From a virus (lineage: Duplodnaviria; Caudoviricetes), in IMG/VR virus record IMGVR_UViG_3300049792_000048, positions 32,001 to 96,000 of that record: 64,000 nt of DNA; one strand, 5' to 3'. Every line of letters begins with the position of its first letter. Positions within the stretch are counted from its first letter, which is position 1. Made by a program: the position numbers and the translations under genes. A model generated the notes under the pieces. It was not told the DNA's origin, made no database searches, and saw nothing but the letters and a program-made list of their open reading frames with translations. Below are positions 45,900 through 56,400 of the stretch, in pieces.

Positions 45900-47349
45900 A
45901 AAGAGTCCCCTCGTTCTTGTAGAACTCGGGCATCTTCTGGAATGCCTCTTCGATGAGGCTGATGCTGTGGTGGGATCGCAGCACGCTGGTGATCGCTGGT
46001 CGTGGTACCGGATCTGTTGGCTGTGAGGCCCACAACATCAACGCGAGGAAGATGACCGCGGGCTCTCCGAGTTCGATGATGTGGTGTCTCCAGTCCCGGG
46101 CCCGGATGTAGTCCTCGATCAAGGGCTTCATCTGTGCATCCCAGGTCTCACGAGGCGTCTTGCTGGAAGAGTCGAAGGCTTCCACGTTCCCTTCTGGAGT
46201 GTCGGGATGCCATGCCTTCGCACGCCCGGCATGCGGCGACATCGAGTTCATCACCATCGGCAAGTCATTCTTGCCAGTGAGGGTGAAGAACAACGCACCC
46301 AGCTCTTCGCTGTGATGCTCGATGAGCGACCGAACGACCTCGTAGTTCACCGAATAGAGAGTCAGCAATGCAGTCTTCGGGGTGAGGGCACGGAAGTCCT
46401 CGATCGTCAGAGCCCGCCCGATGAGTGTGTAGTAGTCGTCGTTCCTGGCTGACCCCACGATTGCCTTGAGTCCCGAAGCCATCGTTTCGACCGAAGCATC
46501 GTGACGAACGATGCGAAGCCCCTCTCGGACTCCGGTGAGCCTGCGGAAGTAGTCCTCCGCATTACCTGCCGGCAAGTTTCGTATGTACCTCGCTGCACCG
46601 CTCGCTCGGTCGTGCTTCGTTGGGCCATACAACATCTTGTATGAAGCACTGCCCACCATGTCCGTCCACTGTCCGAACTGTGTGTTGAGACGGCAGAGGT
46701 GTCCGTACCACAGCGGAACTTCAACTTGGTGAAGCATCTTCTTCAAGTACTCCTTGGGGAACCAGGCAGCACTTCCCAGCGAGTCGAGCGGGATCGGCCG
46801 CTGCTCGTGATCCAGTAGAAGCTCGATCGGATACGGCTGAAGCCCGAAGCGGGTTGGAGCGTAGGGGTTGCTGGTCACAGCGCTGACGAACTGCTGTGCG
46901 CTGTGGTTCTTGTAGAACTTTCGCAAGAACTCGAACTGTAGGATCTCCTCTGCCTCTAGCTCTTCGATCACGGTGCCATGCTCCATGAGTCCCGTGGCTA
47001 TCTGGATCGGCGTGTGCAGGGAGGTGTAGCCGCGAACGGCTTCGATCTGCATCACCTCCTTCAACGGGATGCCAAGGCGCAGAGTCCTGTCGATCGTGTA
47101 TGTCGGGAAGTTATACGGGGCTGGCCTGTTCGGTACAGCAGGCAACCCCATCTGAGCTGGCAGCTCGCTGAGCTTCTCGCCGTACGCAGCCAGCAGCCAC
47201 CTCCACATCTTCGTGCTGAAGCCGTAGAGGGTGTTGCTGAAGCTTGTGCCCGTGAAGAGTCCTCGACCGTGCTCGTTGAGAAGGGCGTGGGCGAGGGACT
47301 CGTAGACTGTCATCACCAGGGATGCTCCATGACGTATGTCGTCCCCCAT
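45898..47349 (-). CDS. Hypothetical protein in the MoxR operon
   Basis: 483-aa ORF; start uncertain (47349 or about 47313). Confidence 0.7.
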   Translation of the reverse strand: MGDDIRHGASLVMTVYESLAHALLNEHGRGLFTGTSFSNTLYGFSTKMWRWLLAAYGEKLSELPAQMGLPAVPNRPAPYNFPTYTIDRTLRLGIPLKEVMQIEAVRGYTSLHTPIQIATGLMEHGTVIEELEAEEILQFEFLRKFYKNHSAQQFVSAVTSNPYAPTRFGLQPYPIELLLDHEQRPIPLDSLGSAAWFPKEYLKKMLHQVEVPLWYGHLCRLNTQFGQWTDMVGSASYKMLYGPTKHDRASGAARYIRNLPAGNAEDYFRRLTGVREGLRIVRHDASVETMASGLKAIVGSARNDDYYTLIGRALTIEDFRALTPKTALLTLYSVNYEVVRSLIEHHSEELGALFFTLTGKNDLPMVMNSMSPHAGRAKAWHPDTPEGNVEAFDSSSKTPRETWDAQMKPLIEDYIRARDWRHHIIELGEPAVIFLALMLWASQPTDPVPRPAITSVLRSHHSISLIEEAFQKMPEFYKNEGTL

Positions 47350-48554
47350 GGAGGCTTCAGGCCTCCGGTTGGGATCACGAACGTCGTCTTCTTGACCGGC
47401 TTATCCGGCAACTTGATGTGGCCATCAGTCAGGATGCAGATCGCGCTCGGCTTTTCCTTTGCTGCGATCTCGAACAACTCGATGGCTGATGTGTACGAGT
47501 GTTCTCCGCTCTTAAACTTGACGTGGTCGAAGATGTGGCGAGGCTGGGTGGTCGTGTACTGCTCGCGAACCACAGCATCGAAGGTGACAACGATTACCTT
47601 CGTGGCTCGATGCGCTGCCGCCTGTACGTTCGTGATGAAGATGCGGATGAGGGCATCGGTGACGCTTGTGCTGACGTCAATGCCGAGGAGGAGGATGCGC
47701 TCCTTCACAACTCGCGTCTGCGGCAAGATGATCGGGTAGTACTTCATCTTGGGTGGCGCATACGTAGCTTCATCCCACCCGAGGTCTGAGCTGAGCCCGC
47801 CCCGAATGAGGGAGCCCCACGGAAGAGTCGGTCGCAAAACCTTCTCCATCCGCTCTCGTACGACGTTGGGGAGCGCCTTGTGCATCGAACTCGTCTCCGA
47901 CAACGCCTTGGCGTGCGCGATATCTTGACGAAAGGCTTCTTGGAAGTCCTTGTTGGCTTGTTGCGGTCCGGTGTCTACGCCGTCCTCTACCTTTCCCGGG
48001 GCGGCGGGGGGTTCTCGCATGTCAGTACCATTGCCGACCTCGTCGTCTTGTCCCTTCTCCGGGAGGTACTTGCTGGTCGATCCAGCCTTGGCCTCTTCCT
48101 CCTTCTTCAAGATGACGTAGATCTCCTCGACCGTCTTTCCATCAGCCCACGACTGGTATTGAATGAAACGTGGAGGAACCGGCCAGCGGATGAGCTGGGA
48201 CCTCGAATCGAGGGTACCGAGCAGTTCTCCGCACTGCCCGTTGACGAAGATGTCGGCCGCGATGTTCCACAGCTTCGGGTCGCGGGTCTCTCGACGCCCA
48301 TGGTGGTTGAAGTAGATGTGGAGCAGCTCATGAAGTAGCCCAAACATCACGATCTCGAAGTCTTCGGCGATCACGAACTTCCTGCCGCAGAAAATCCCGA
48401 CACCATCAGTCTCCATCGTATTGCAGCTGTCGGCGTGCACCTTCACGGAGCTGCCGAACAGCAGATACCCGAAAAAAGGAAACCGGATGACTAGTGACGT
48501 AACCGCCTTCGTCATCCGTTTGTTGTACGTGGGATCTGCGTCGCTGAAGATCAC
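47313..48554 (-). CDS. DUF2201-type metallopeptidase plus VWA domain protein
   Basis: TMETDG, LHELLH, WNIAADIFVN; MIDAS-like IDVSTS, FDAVV, LTDG. Confidence 0.88.
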   Translation of the reverse strand: MIFSDADPTYNKRMTKAVTSLVIRFPFFGYLLFGSSVKVHADSCNTMETDGVGIFCGRKFVIAEDFEIVMFGLLHELLHIYFNHHGRRETRDPKLWNIAADIFVNGQCGELLGTLDSRSQLIRWPVPPRFIQYQSWADGKTVEEIYVILKKEEEAKAGSTSKYLPEKGQDDEVGNGTDMREPPAAPGKVEDGVDTGPQQANKDFQEAFRQDIAHAKALSETSSMHKALPNVVRERMEKVLRPTLPWGSLIRGGLSSDLGWDEATYAPPKMKYYPIILPQTRVVKERILLLGIDVSTSVTDALIRIFITNVQAAAHRATKVIVVTFDAVVREQYTTTQPRHIFDHVKFKSGEHSYTSAIELFEIAAKEKPSAICILTDGHIKLPDKPVKKTTFVIPTGGLKPPWGTTYVMEHPW

Positions 48555-49675
48555 GACGAAGAATCCTTGATGATGGTGCCCATGATCTTGCCCGAGGACT
48601 TCGGATAGAAGTTCTTGAACTCGCGCTTCACAGTCTCGCGAAGCTGAAGAAGGAAGGCGACACGAAGTTCGGGAGACAAGCTCTCGATGAAGAGGTCCAG
48701 CCCCTTGTGCTTCGACGACATCTTCTTGTTGAGGCGATCCGTGACCGCGAAGACTCCCGCGAACTCCGCCATTTTCTGCACGACCTCCACGGGTACCTTC
48801 GGGTCGGTGCTCTTGATGGGCTCCTTGAAGGTTCCGTGTTCGAGGATGTGATCGACATCAACCTTCGAGAGGATGCTGTACCAAGCCCAGAAGTCATTTG
48901 CTGCCCCCTGGCCGATTTTGCGCGTCAGGGTACGAAGCCACAGCTTTGGGTCTGTGAACTCCTGCATGTGCAGCGATGCCTCCCGATAGCCACGTGGTGT
49001 CGGGAAGCGGATGACGTTCTCCTCGTGTTTGTGTAGGAGCTCGGGCTTGCTGTTGAGGAACCCGAGGATGACGGGCACGATGCGCGAGGGCTTCCCGTCC
49101 TCCACGTTGTTCGCCCATTCGACGAAGTCGTTGAAGTCAGCGTCCACTTCGATGGCTGTGACACGGGTCTTGAGGGACTCCGACATCGCGTTGGCGTGGA
49201 TGTCGTCGGTGGTGCGGTTGCCGGCACACATCATCAAGGACTTCGGGTGCAGAGCGAAGTCCTTGAACCGGCGATGCACGAAGAGGTGCAGCAGCGAGTT
49301 CGTGACGATTGGAGTGGCTTTGTCGATGTCGTCGAAGAGCAGCATCGTCGGGCGATGGCAGGCGTCGAACGCCGCACGATTCAACGCCCACAGGACTCGG
49401 AAGTCTTTCTTGGAGAGGTCCGAGGTCTCGACCGGAATGACCCATGGGATGCCCGCAGTGTCGGTCGGATCGGAGGCCTCACCCGTGGGGATGGCCTCGA
49501 AGACGAGAGCGTCCTCGATGACCTTCTCGCCCATCTCGATTGCGAGCTCGGCGGCCATCTCGGTTTTCCCGATGCCCACACCTCCGAGCAGACAGGGGAT
49601 GCTGAGGTATCGGTGCTTGTACTGGACGGTCAGCTCCTGAAGAGCTTCCTGTCGAGCTTCTGAGAACTTCGGCAT
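48551..49675 (-). CDS. MoxR-like AAA+ ATPase
   Basis: GGVGIGKT, DTAGIP, LLFDDIDKA, CAGN, FPTPR. Confidence 0.88.
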   Translation of the reverse strand: MPKFSEARQEALQELTVQYKHRYLSIPCLLGGVGIGKTEMAAELAIEMGEKVIEDALVFEAIPTGEASDPTDTAGIPWVIPVETSDLSKKDFRVLWALNRAAFDACHRPTMLLFDDIDKATPIVTNSLLHLFVHRRFKDFALHPKSLMMCAGNRTTDDIHANAMSESLKTRVTAIEVDADFNDFVEWANNVEDGKPSRIVPVILGFLNSKPELLHKHEENVIRFPTPRGYREASLHMQEFTDPKLWLRTLTRKIGQGAANDFWAWYSILSKVDVDHILEHGTFKEPIKSTDPKVPVEVVQKMAEFAGVFAVTDRLNKKMSSKHKGLDLFIESLSPELRVAFLLQLRETVKREFKNFYPKSSGKIMGTIIKDSSS

Positions 49676-50154
49676 CAGTCTCTCCTCACGATCATGTTGT
49701 CATCCTTGTCCCACTCGACACCTTCGAGGTCGCGATCGAAATCGCGCTCCATGGCATCGTGCATCTCCTGGCTCATCTCATCGAGATGGTCGTCCGGAGG
49801 GAGCACCTCTTCGTCGTCATCGTCATCGATTGAGAGCTCGTCGGTGACACATTCGGCGTGCGCTGGCACGATGGGCTCAGGGGACGGTGTGTTGATCACC
49901 AGGGCGTACTGAGGCTGGCCGGGCCCAAGGGCGTCAGGCAGCTCGATGAACTGGAGCTTCGTGTCCGGATCGAGCACGAACATGGAGTAGCCCTCGTTCT
50001 TCATGTAGAAGAACTGACCACGAAGCATGAGCATCGCATCGGTGTGCTCTCCGACGTGCTCGCTACAGATCGCACAAAGCGGCGTCTCGCCGTCGTTCTC
50101 ACTCACATAGGCCTCCACGATCGTTCTGGAGTGGTAGATGGGCTTGTTCCTCAT
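49675..50154 (-). CDS. Acidic hypothetical protein with a CxxC...HxxC zinc motif
   Basis: CAIC, HAEC; Asp-rich tail. Confidence 0.7.
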   Translation of the reverse strand: MRNKPIYHSRTIVEAYVSENDGETPLCAICSEHVGEHTDAMLMLRGQFFYMKNEGYSMFVLDPDTKLQFIELPDALGPGQPQYALVINTPSPEPIVPAHAECVTDELSIDDDDDEEVLPPDDHLDEMSQEMHDAMERDFDRDLEGVEWDKDDNMIVRRD

Positions 50155-50261
50155 GCGGGCACCGCTGCCTGGGCTTGCGCTCGCATGAGAAGTATCGTCA
50201 GGTAGGCGTTGAGGCCGAGAACAAGACCAGTCGCCACGCTAAGCAGCAGCAGGCTCCACAT
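50151..50261 (-). CDS. 36-aa single-TM microprotein (not in the ORF track)
   Basis: MWSLLLLSVATGLVLGLNAYLTILLMRAQAQAAVPA; GAGGAG upstream; ATGA overlap with the next gene. Confidence 0.55.
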   Translation of the reverse strand: MWSLLLLSVATGLVLGLNAYLTILLMRAQAQAAVPA

Positions 50262-50361
50262 TCTTGTCGGTCTCCTCGATGGATTCTGTGATGGCGCCCT
50301 GAACGAACTCTTCGTACTGCGTCAGGGTGTCCCTCAGATCGTCGTCTTCTTCGTTGGGCAT
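50239..50361 (-). CDS. 40-aa acidic microprotein (not in the ORF track)
   Basis: MPNEEDDDLRDTLTQYEEFVQGAITESIEETDKNVEPAAA; GGAG RBS. Confidence 0.55.
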   Translation of the reverse strand: MPNEEDDDLRDTLTQYEEFVQGAITESIEETDKNVEPAAA

Positions 50362-50415
50362 GGGCTTCTCCATCATGTTGATAGGTCTGTGTAGAGGCTA
50401 TTTCCGTGGGGTTCG

Positions 50416-50445
50416 TTGACCCACCGTGATGCGTGCGCGTAGACT
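50416..50445 (+). promoter_or_regulatory. Sigma70-like promoter TTGACC-N18-TAGACT, leaderless, for the RNAP gene
   Basis: -10 ends 6 nt before GTG 50452; same architecture as 39506-39535. Confidence 0.65.
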
Positions 50446-50451
50446 TCGACG

Positions 50452-53400
50452 GTGCTGAACACCGATCCGAACCGGCAGTACGAGGACCTGAAGCATCGGT
50501 TCCTCGCGGAAATCCAGGCCACGTTCCCGGTCTCGGACCCGAAAACGGGGATCGAAGTCCGGGTGAAGAACTTGGAGGTGTCGGACTCCACGCTCGGGAC
50601 AGACGACATCAAGGGCCAGATGCAGGCCCGGCTCACCGGACGTTCATACACGGCACCTGTCATCGCTGATGTCGAAGTCGTTGATCGTGCCGGCAAGCCG
50701 TTGGTCGGTCGTCGGATGAAGATCGCGGACATCCCGAAGCTGACGCGGCACTACACCTTCATCCACGGCGGGCAAGAGAAGTCGGTCACGAACCAGTGGC
50801 GTCTTCGTCCTGGCGCCTACGTGAAGGCGACCGAGAAGGCTGGCGAGTTCGAGGCACAGTTCCAGCTTGCGAAGGGGCGCCCCTTCGATGTGCAGATGGA
50901 ACCGGGCAGCGGCTACCTCTTCGTGAAGACTGGAGCTCGGAAGATCCCGCTCTACTCAGTCCTCAAGGCCACCGGCGTCACCGATGACGAGATGAAGAAG
51001 GCCTGGGGCGACAAGAACTTCGATGCGAACTTGAAAAAGGCCCGCTACGCACAGGACCTCAACTCGTTCTACACAGCGATGAAGGATGCGAACGTTCCGA
51101 CGGGTACCGACCTTCCGGCAGCGATCGTGAAGTACTTCAGCGAGACGAAAATGGACCCGGCCGTTACGAAGACGACGCTGGGAAAGGGCTTCGATCAGGT
51201 CTCGGGAGAAGCTCTCCTTCGAGCCAGTGGCAAGCTCATCGACGTCAGCGCGGAACGGGTTCGTCCTGATCCCATCGACTCGCTGGAGTTCAAGGAACTG
51301 TGGACTCCGGCCGATCACTTCATCGAACGTCTGCGTGCCTCGAAGAATGACATCCACGGGCGAGTGCTGAAGTCCCTCGGCAAGAAGTCGACACAGGAAG
51401 CGTTGTCGACTGGCTCGACGTCGATCCTCCGTGACATCGTCATGCCCGATTTGATCCAGAAGCCGATCAATCACGTCTTCGGCATCACGGGTCTGACCTC
51501 GACCCCCAAGCAGACGAACCCCGTGTCGATGTTGGCGGACCGTAGCCAGACAACGATCATGGGTCCTGGAGGCATCAAATCGGAGCACCAGGTCACGCTG
51601 TCGAATACAAGCGTCGATCCCTCGCAGCTCGGCTTCGTCGATCCTGTCTTCACTCCCGAAGGTTCTCCGGGAACGACCACCCACCTCACGTCCGGAATCG
51701 TGGTGCGTGACCGCAAGCCGTACACGAAGCTGTACAACTTGAAGACCGGGAAGATCGAGGAGCTCACGCCGGCGGAAGCGGCAAAGGCGATTGTAGTCCT
51801 CCCCGATCAGATCACGTGGCATGGGGGTGTGCCTCGTGCGATCAACGAGAAGGTTCGTGTCTCGAATCAGCATGGCGATATCGAGGAGCGCCCGCTGAAG
51901 GATGCTCACTACGCCCTCATCTCTTCGACACAGGTGTTCTCCACGGAGACCAACCTCGTCCCGTTCATGCAGAACGATGCTGCCGGCCGCACGACCATGT
52001 CGGCGCGACACATGGCACAGGCTCTTTCGCTGACGGGCCGGGAAGCTCCGCTTGTTCAGGTGCAGGCTGCTCCTGGCGCATCGTTTGAGAAGCGGATCGG
52101 TGAGACCTTCCTCTCGCACAAGGCTCCAGCAGCCGGCTTCGTGACGAAGGTATTGGCGGACGAGATCGTGGTGAAGGATCCGGCAGGGCGTGAGCACTCC
52201 GTCCACATCTACGATCACTACCCGCTCAACGAAAAGAAGACGATGTTGCACTCGACGCCCCTCGTGAAGGTGGGTGATCGGGTGCACACCGGGCAGGTCT
52301 TGGCCGATCATTCCTTCACGAAGAACGGGACACTTGCTCTCGGAACAAACGTCCGCGTCGCGTACCTGGCGAACGGTGCGAACCACGAGGATGGCATCGC
52401 CCTCTCCGAGTCGGCGGCGAAGAAGATGGGGACCGAGCATCTCCTGAAGCCGTCATTCTACGTCACCGACGACCATGTTATCGACAAGGGCCGCTTCGTC
52501 GCTCACAAGGGCACGGCCTTCCAACCCACGCAGTACAACCACATCGGCGATGATGGTGTCGTGAAGGAGGGGGCCACGGTCCATCCTGGTGACCCGCTCG
52601 TTCTGGCTCTTCGTGAAGAGAAGAACCCCGACACGATCGACGCGAAGATGCTCGACCGGCTCACCAAGAAGGGCCGCCTCGACTACACGAACGCGGCTCT
52701 GACGTGGGACCACGAACATACCGGAGAGGTTGTTCGTGTGGTCCGCTCCGGCAAGAACATCACTGTTCACGTCAAGACGAAGGAGCCGATGATCGTCGGG
52801 TCCAAGGTCTCGACGCGTCACAGTGCGAAGGGCATCGTCACGCAGATCCTGCCCGACAACGAGATGCCGTACTACATGAAGAATGGCAAGCACGAGCACG
52901 TCGAGATGCTGATCAACCCGGTCTCCGTGCCGGGACGCATGAATCCGGGTCAGATCTTGGAGACTGCCGCAGGCAAGATCGCCGAGAAGACTGGGCAGCC
53001 CTACATCGTCAAGAACTTCGACGGACAGACCGACTACCTGAAAAAGATCCAGAACGAGCTGAAGCATCACGGCCTCAAGGAGACCGAGCTCCTCGTCGAC
53101 CCCAAGACCGATCGCAAGCTCGGCGAGGTGACAGTCGGTCCGCACTACGTGTTCCAGCTCGAACATCAGATCGACAAGAAGACGCACGTCCGACACGGCG
53201 GCGCCTACATCAAGTCGACTGGGATGCCGCACATCCAGTACGACACCAATCTCGTTCCTCGGGGTGGTGGTGAGAGCGGAGCTCAGAGCTTGGGCTCTCT
53301 CGGCATCTACGGCGCTCTTGCTGCTGGTCTCCGTCAGAACCTCGGTGAGATGCAGACCCTCAAGTCCGATCGTCCGCAGGCCGAAGCTCTGTGGGCTGCT

Positions 53401-56400
53401 CTCGCGAACGGCCGGATGATCCCGCCTCCGCAGGTCCCCTACGTCTACAGCAAGTTCGGAGCTCTGCTTCAGGCCACGGGCTTGAACCTGGAGAAGAAGG
53501 GCAGCCTGCTCAGCCTCGTTCCGCAGACCGATGCAGAGACGCTGAAGTGGGCCGGAGGCAAGAGCGGCAAGGTCACCGAGCCATCCCTCACCGTGGCAGC
53601 CAAGAACATGAAGCCGAAGAGCGGAGGCATCTTCGACCCGCACATCTTCGGCCCGGACAAGCAGCGTTGGGGCTACATCGAGCTCGCAGCGCCGATGCCG
53701 AACCCGATCTTCGCTGACTCGATTTCCTCGCTGCTGGGCATCCAGAAGCAGGACATCCAGAAGATTATCTCTGGTGAGATGAAGTTGAACGGCAAGATCG
53801 GGGGCGAGGCGATCCGCGAGGGTCTCGCCAAGATCAACGTCGATCAGAAGCTGAAGCACTACAAGGCGATGATCGACGATCCGAAGGTGAAGAGCAGCGA
53901 GCTCAACAACGCCATCTTCGCGTACAAGTCGCTGCGTGCGCTGAAGGAGCACGGCAAGACGCCTTCCGAGGCGTACACGATGAAGTTGCTCCCGGTGCTT
54001 CCTCCGATCTACCGTCCCTTCCAGGAGAGTGCGGAGGGCACCGACCGCATCGATCCGCTGAACCAGCTTTACCGCCGACTCGGTATGGTGAACTCGTCGT
54101 TGGAGGCCTCGAAGAAGGAAGGCATCCCCGACCGCCGTCTCCTTCAGGCGCAGGGTGATCTCTACCAGGAGATGCAGAACCTTTTTGGCACGACCCCGAA
54201 GGGGAAGAAGGCGCTCGACATCGACTTCCAGGGCAACCCTGTGCGAGGTCGTTTCCTGCCCGGCATCTTGCACACCATCGCGGGTGACTCGCCGAAGGAT
54301 GGCTTCTTCCAGGACAAGGTCATCGGCAAGAAGCAGGACTACACAGCACGAGCCACGATCGTCGCTGACCCAGGTCTCGGTGCCGATGAGATTGGCGTGC
54401 CGAAGAAGATCGCCTTCGAGCTCTTCCGGCCTGTGGTGGGGCATCGCCTCGTGCAGATGGGCTACAACCCGATCCAGGCGCAGCAGGAGATCTCGAAGCG
54501 CTCCGCGGTGGCCGAGGCTGCTCTCCAGCGAGAGATCGAAGAGCGTCCGGTCTTGATGAAGCGTGACCCCGTGCTCCACCAGTACGGCATCATCGGTCAG
54601 AAGGTGAAGCTGACGGATTCGCGAGCCATCAAGGTGAGCCCGCTCGTTCTCCCTCCGATCGGTGGAGACATCGATGGCGATACGGTGGCGCTGTTGCTCC
54701 CCATCCAACACGCCGCAGTCCAGGAAGCGTACAAGCTCCTCCCGTCGAACCGGTCCATCTCGGCAAGTACGGGAGAGGTCCTGTTCACTCCGACGAACGA
54801 GGCGATGCTGGCCCTCTACCGCATGTCCCTCAAGAAGCGGGAGACGAACCAGACGTTCGCATCGTCGAAGGAGGCAGAGGCCGCCTTCGTCAACAACAAG
54901 GTGAACCTCGACGACGTCATCACAGTCGGTGGGCACCGCACCACGCTCGGTCGTGTGCGTATCTCCCACGTCGTACCCGAGCAGTACAAGACGAAGGTCC
55001 TCACTGACATCGACACCCCCATCTCGAAGAAGTTCGTCACGGACATGCTGCGTCAGACGGCGCAGCACTCGCCGGCGACCTTCGAGCCGTTCACGCGCAA
55101 CCTCACCCAGCTCGGCTTCAAGATGGCGTTCGAGAGCGGGCACACTGTGCGGCTGTCGGACTTGGAGCCGATGCGGGTCGAGCGCGCAAAGATCATCGCA
55201 GCTGCGAAGGGACGTGCCGAAGGCAAGCCCGACGCAGAGCGGACGCAGATCTGGATCGACGCCACCAAGAAGCTGCACGAGACGTACGACGAGCACTTCA
55301 AGAAGCACCCCACCAACATCTCGGACATGCGGGCCTCGGGCATCAAGGCCAAGAAGGAGCAGTTCCAGGGCTTGGTGATTGCTCCGATGCTTGTGGAGAA
55401 CCACCTCGGGCATGCCTCGAAGGTGCCGATCACTCGCTCGTTCTCAGAAGGCATCGACGTCGGCGGCTACTTCCTCCAGGCAGCAGGAGCTCGGAAGGGC
55501 ACCATTCAGAAGGTCGACGCTGTCCGTGATCCCGGCGTGCTGACGAAGGAGCTCATCCAGTCCAACATCGACTCGCCCATCACGGCGATGGACTGCGGAA
55601 CCCACTCGGGCATCAGCCTCGGCGTCAACGACCGCGACCTCGTCGACCGCTACCTCGCTTCTCCCGTCACAGCCGGTGGCAAGACGATCCCTGCTGGCAC
55701 CGTCATCACCCCCGGGCTTCAGCAGACCTTCTCGAAGTCGGGTGTCACGAACCTGTTCGTGCGGTCTCCGCTGAAGTGCCGCATGCCGCACGGTATTTGT
55801 TCGACCTGCATGGGCAAGCACCCCTCCGGAGTCAACTACGACTTGGGTGACAACGTCGGCATCATGGCGGCTCAGGCCATCGGTGAGCGTGCTGCACAGC
55901 TCATGCTGAAGCAGACGCACAACCAGGGCATCGTCCCGACGCAGCGTGGTGCCGTCGACGAGTTCAGCACAGTCGAGCGGGTGTTCGGGGTGGCGAAGCG
56001 CTCGCCAGTTGATGCGATCATCGCTCCGCGTGCAGGCCTCATCACCCGTGTCGAGGCTCAGCCGCAGGGTGGCCACAAGATTCGCTTCGCGGAGAGCAAG
56101 GTCGATCTCTACTCTCGGCAGCCGCTTCTTCCGCACGTGAAGGCCGGCTACAGGTTCCAGCGCGGTGAGCAGCTCTCAGAGGGCGACCCGAACCTCAACA
56201 TGCTGCTCAAGACCCGTGGTCTCGAAGCGACACAGGACCACATGGTCGATCGCATCGGGAAGATCTACGAGAAGGAGGACGTCCTTCGTCGTCACGTCGA
56301 GCTTACGGTCCGCAATGCAACCAGCACGGTTGAGGTGTCGGACCCGGGCGACCACCCGACCATCCTCCGTGGGGACCATATGCAGTTCCCCATGATCGAG

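Noticed and set aside
52453-55413. Very long antisense ORFs (986 aa here; also 18652-20682, 40062-42065, 43866-45767, 58953-60719, 61723-63384)
   Set aside because: They are shadow frames of GC3-biased genes on the opposite strand and carry no recognisable motifs.
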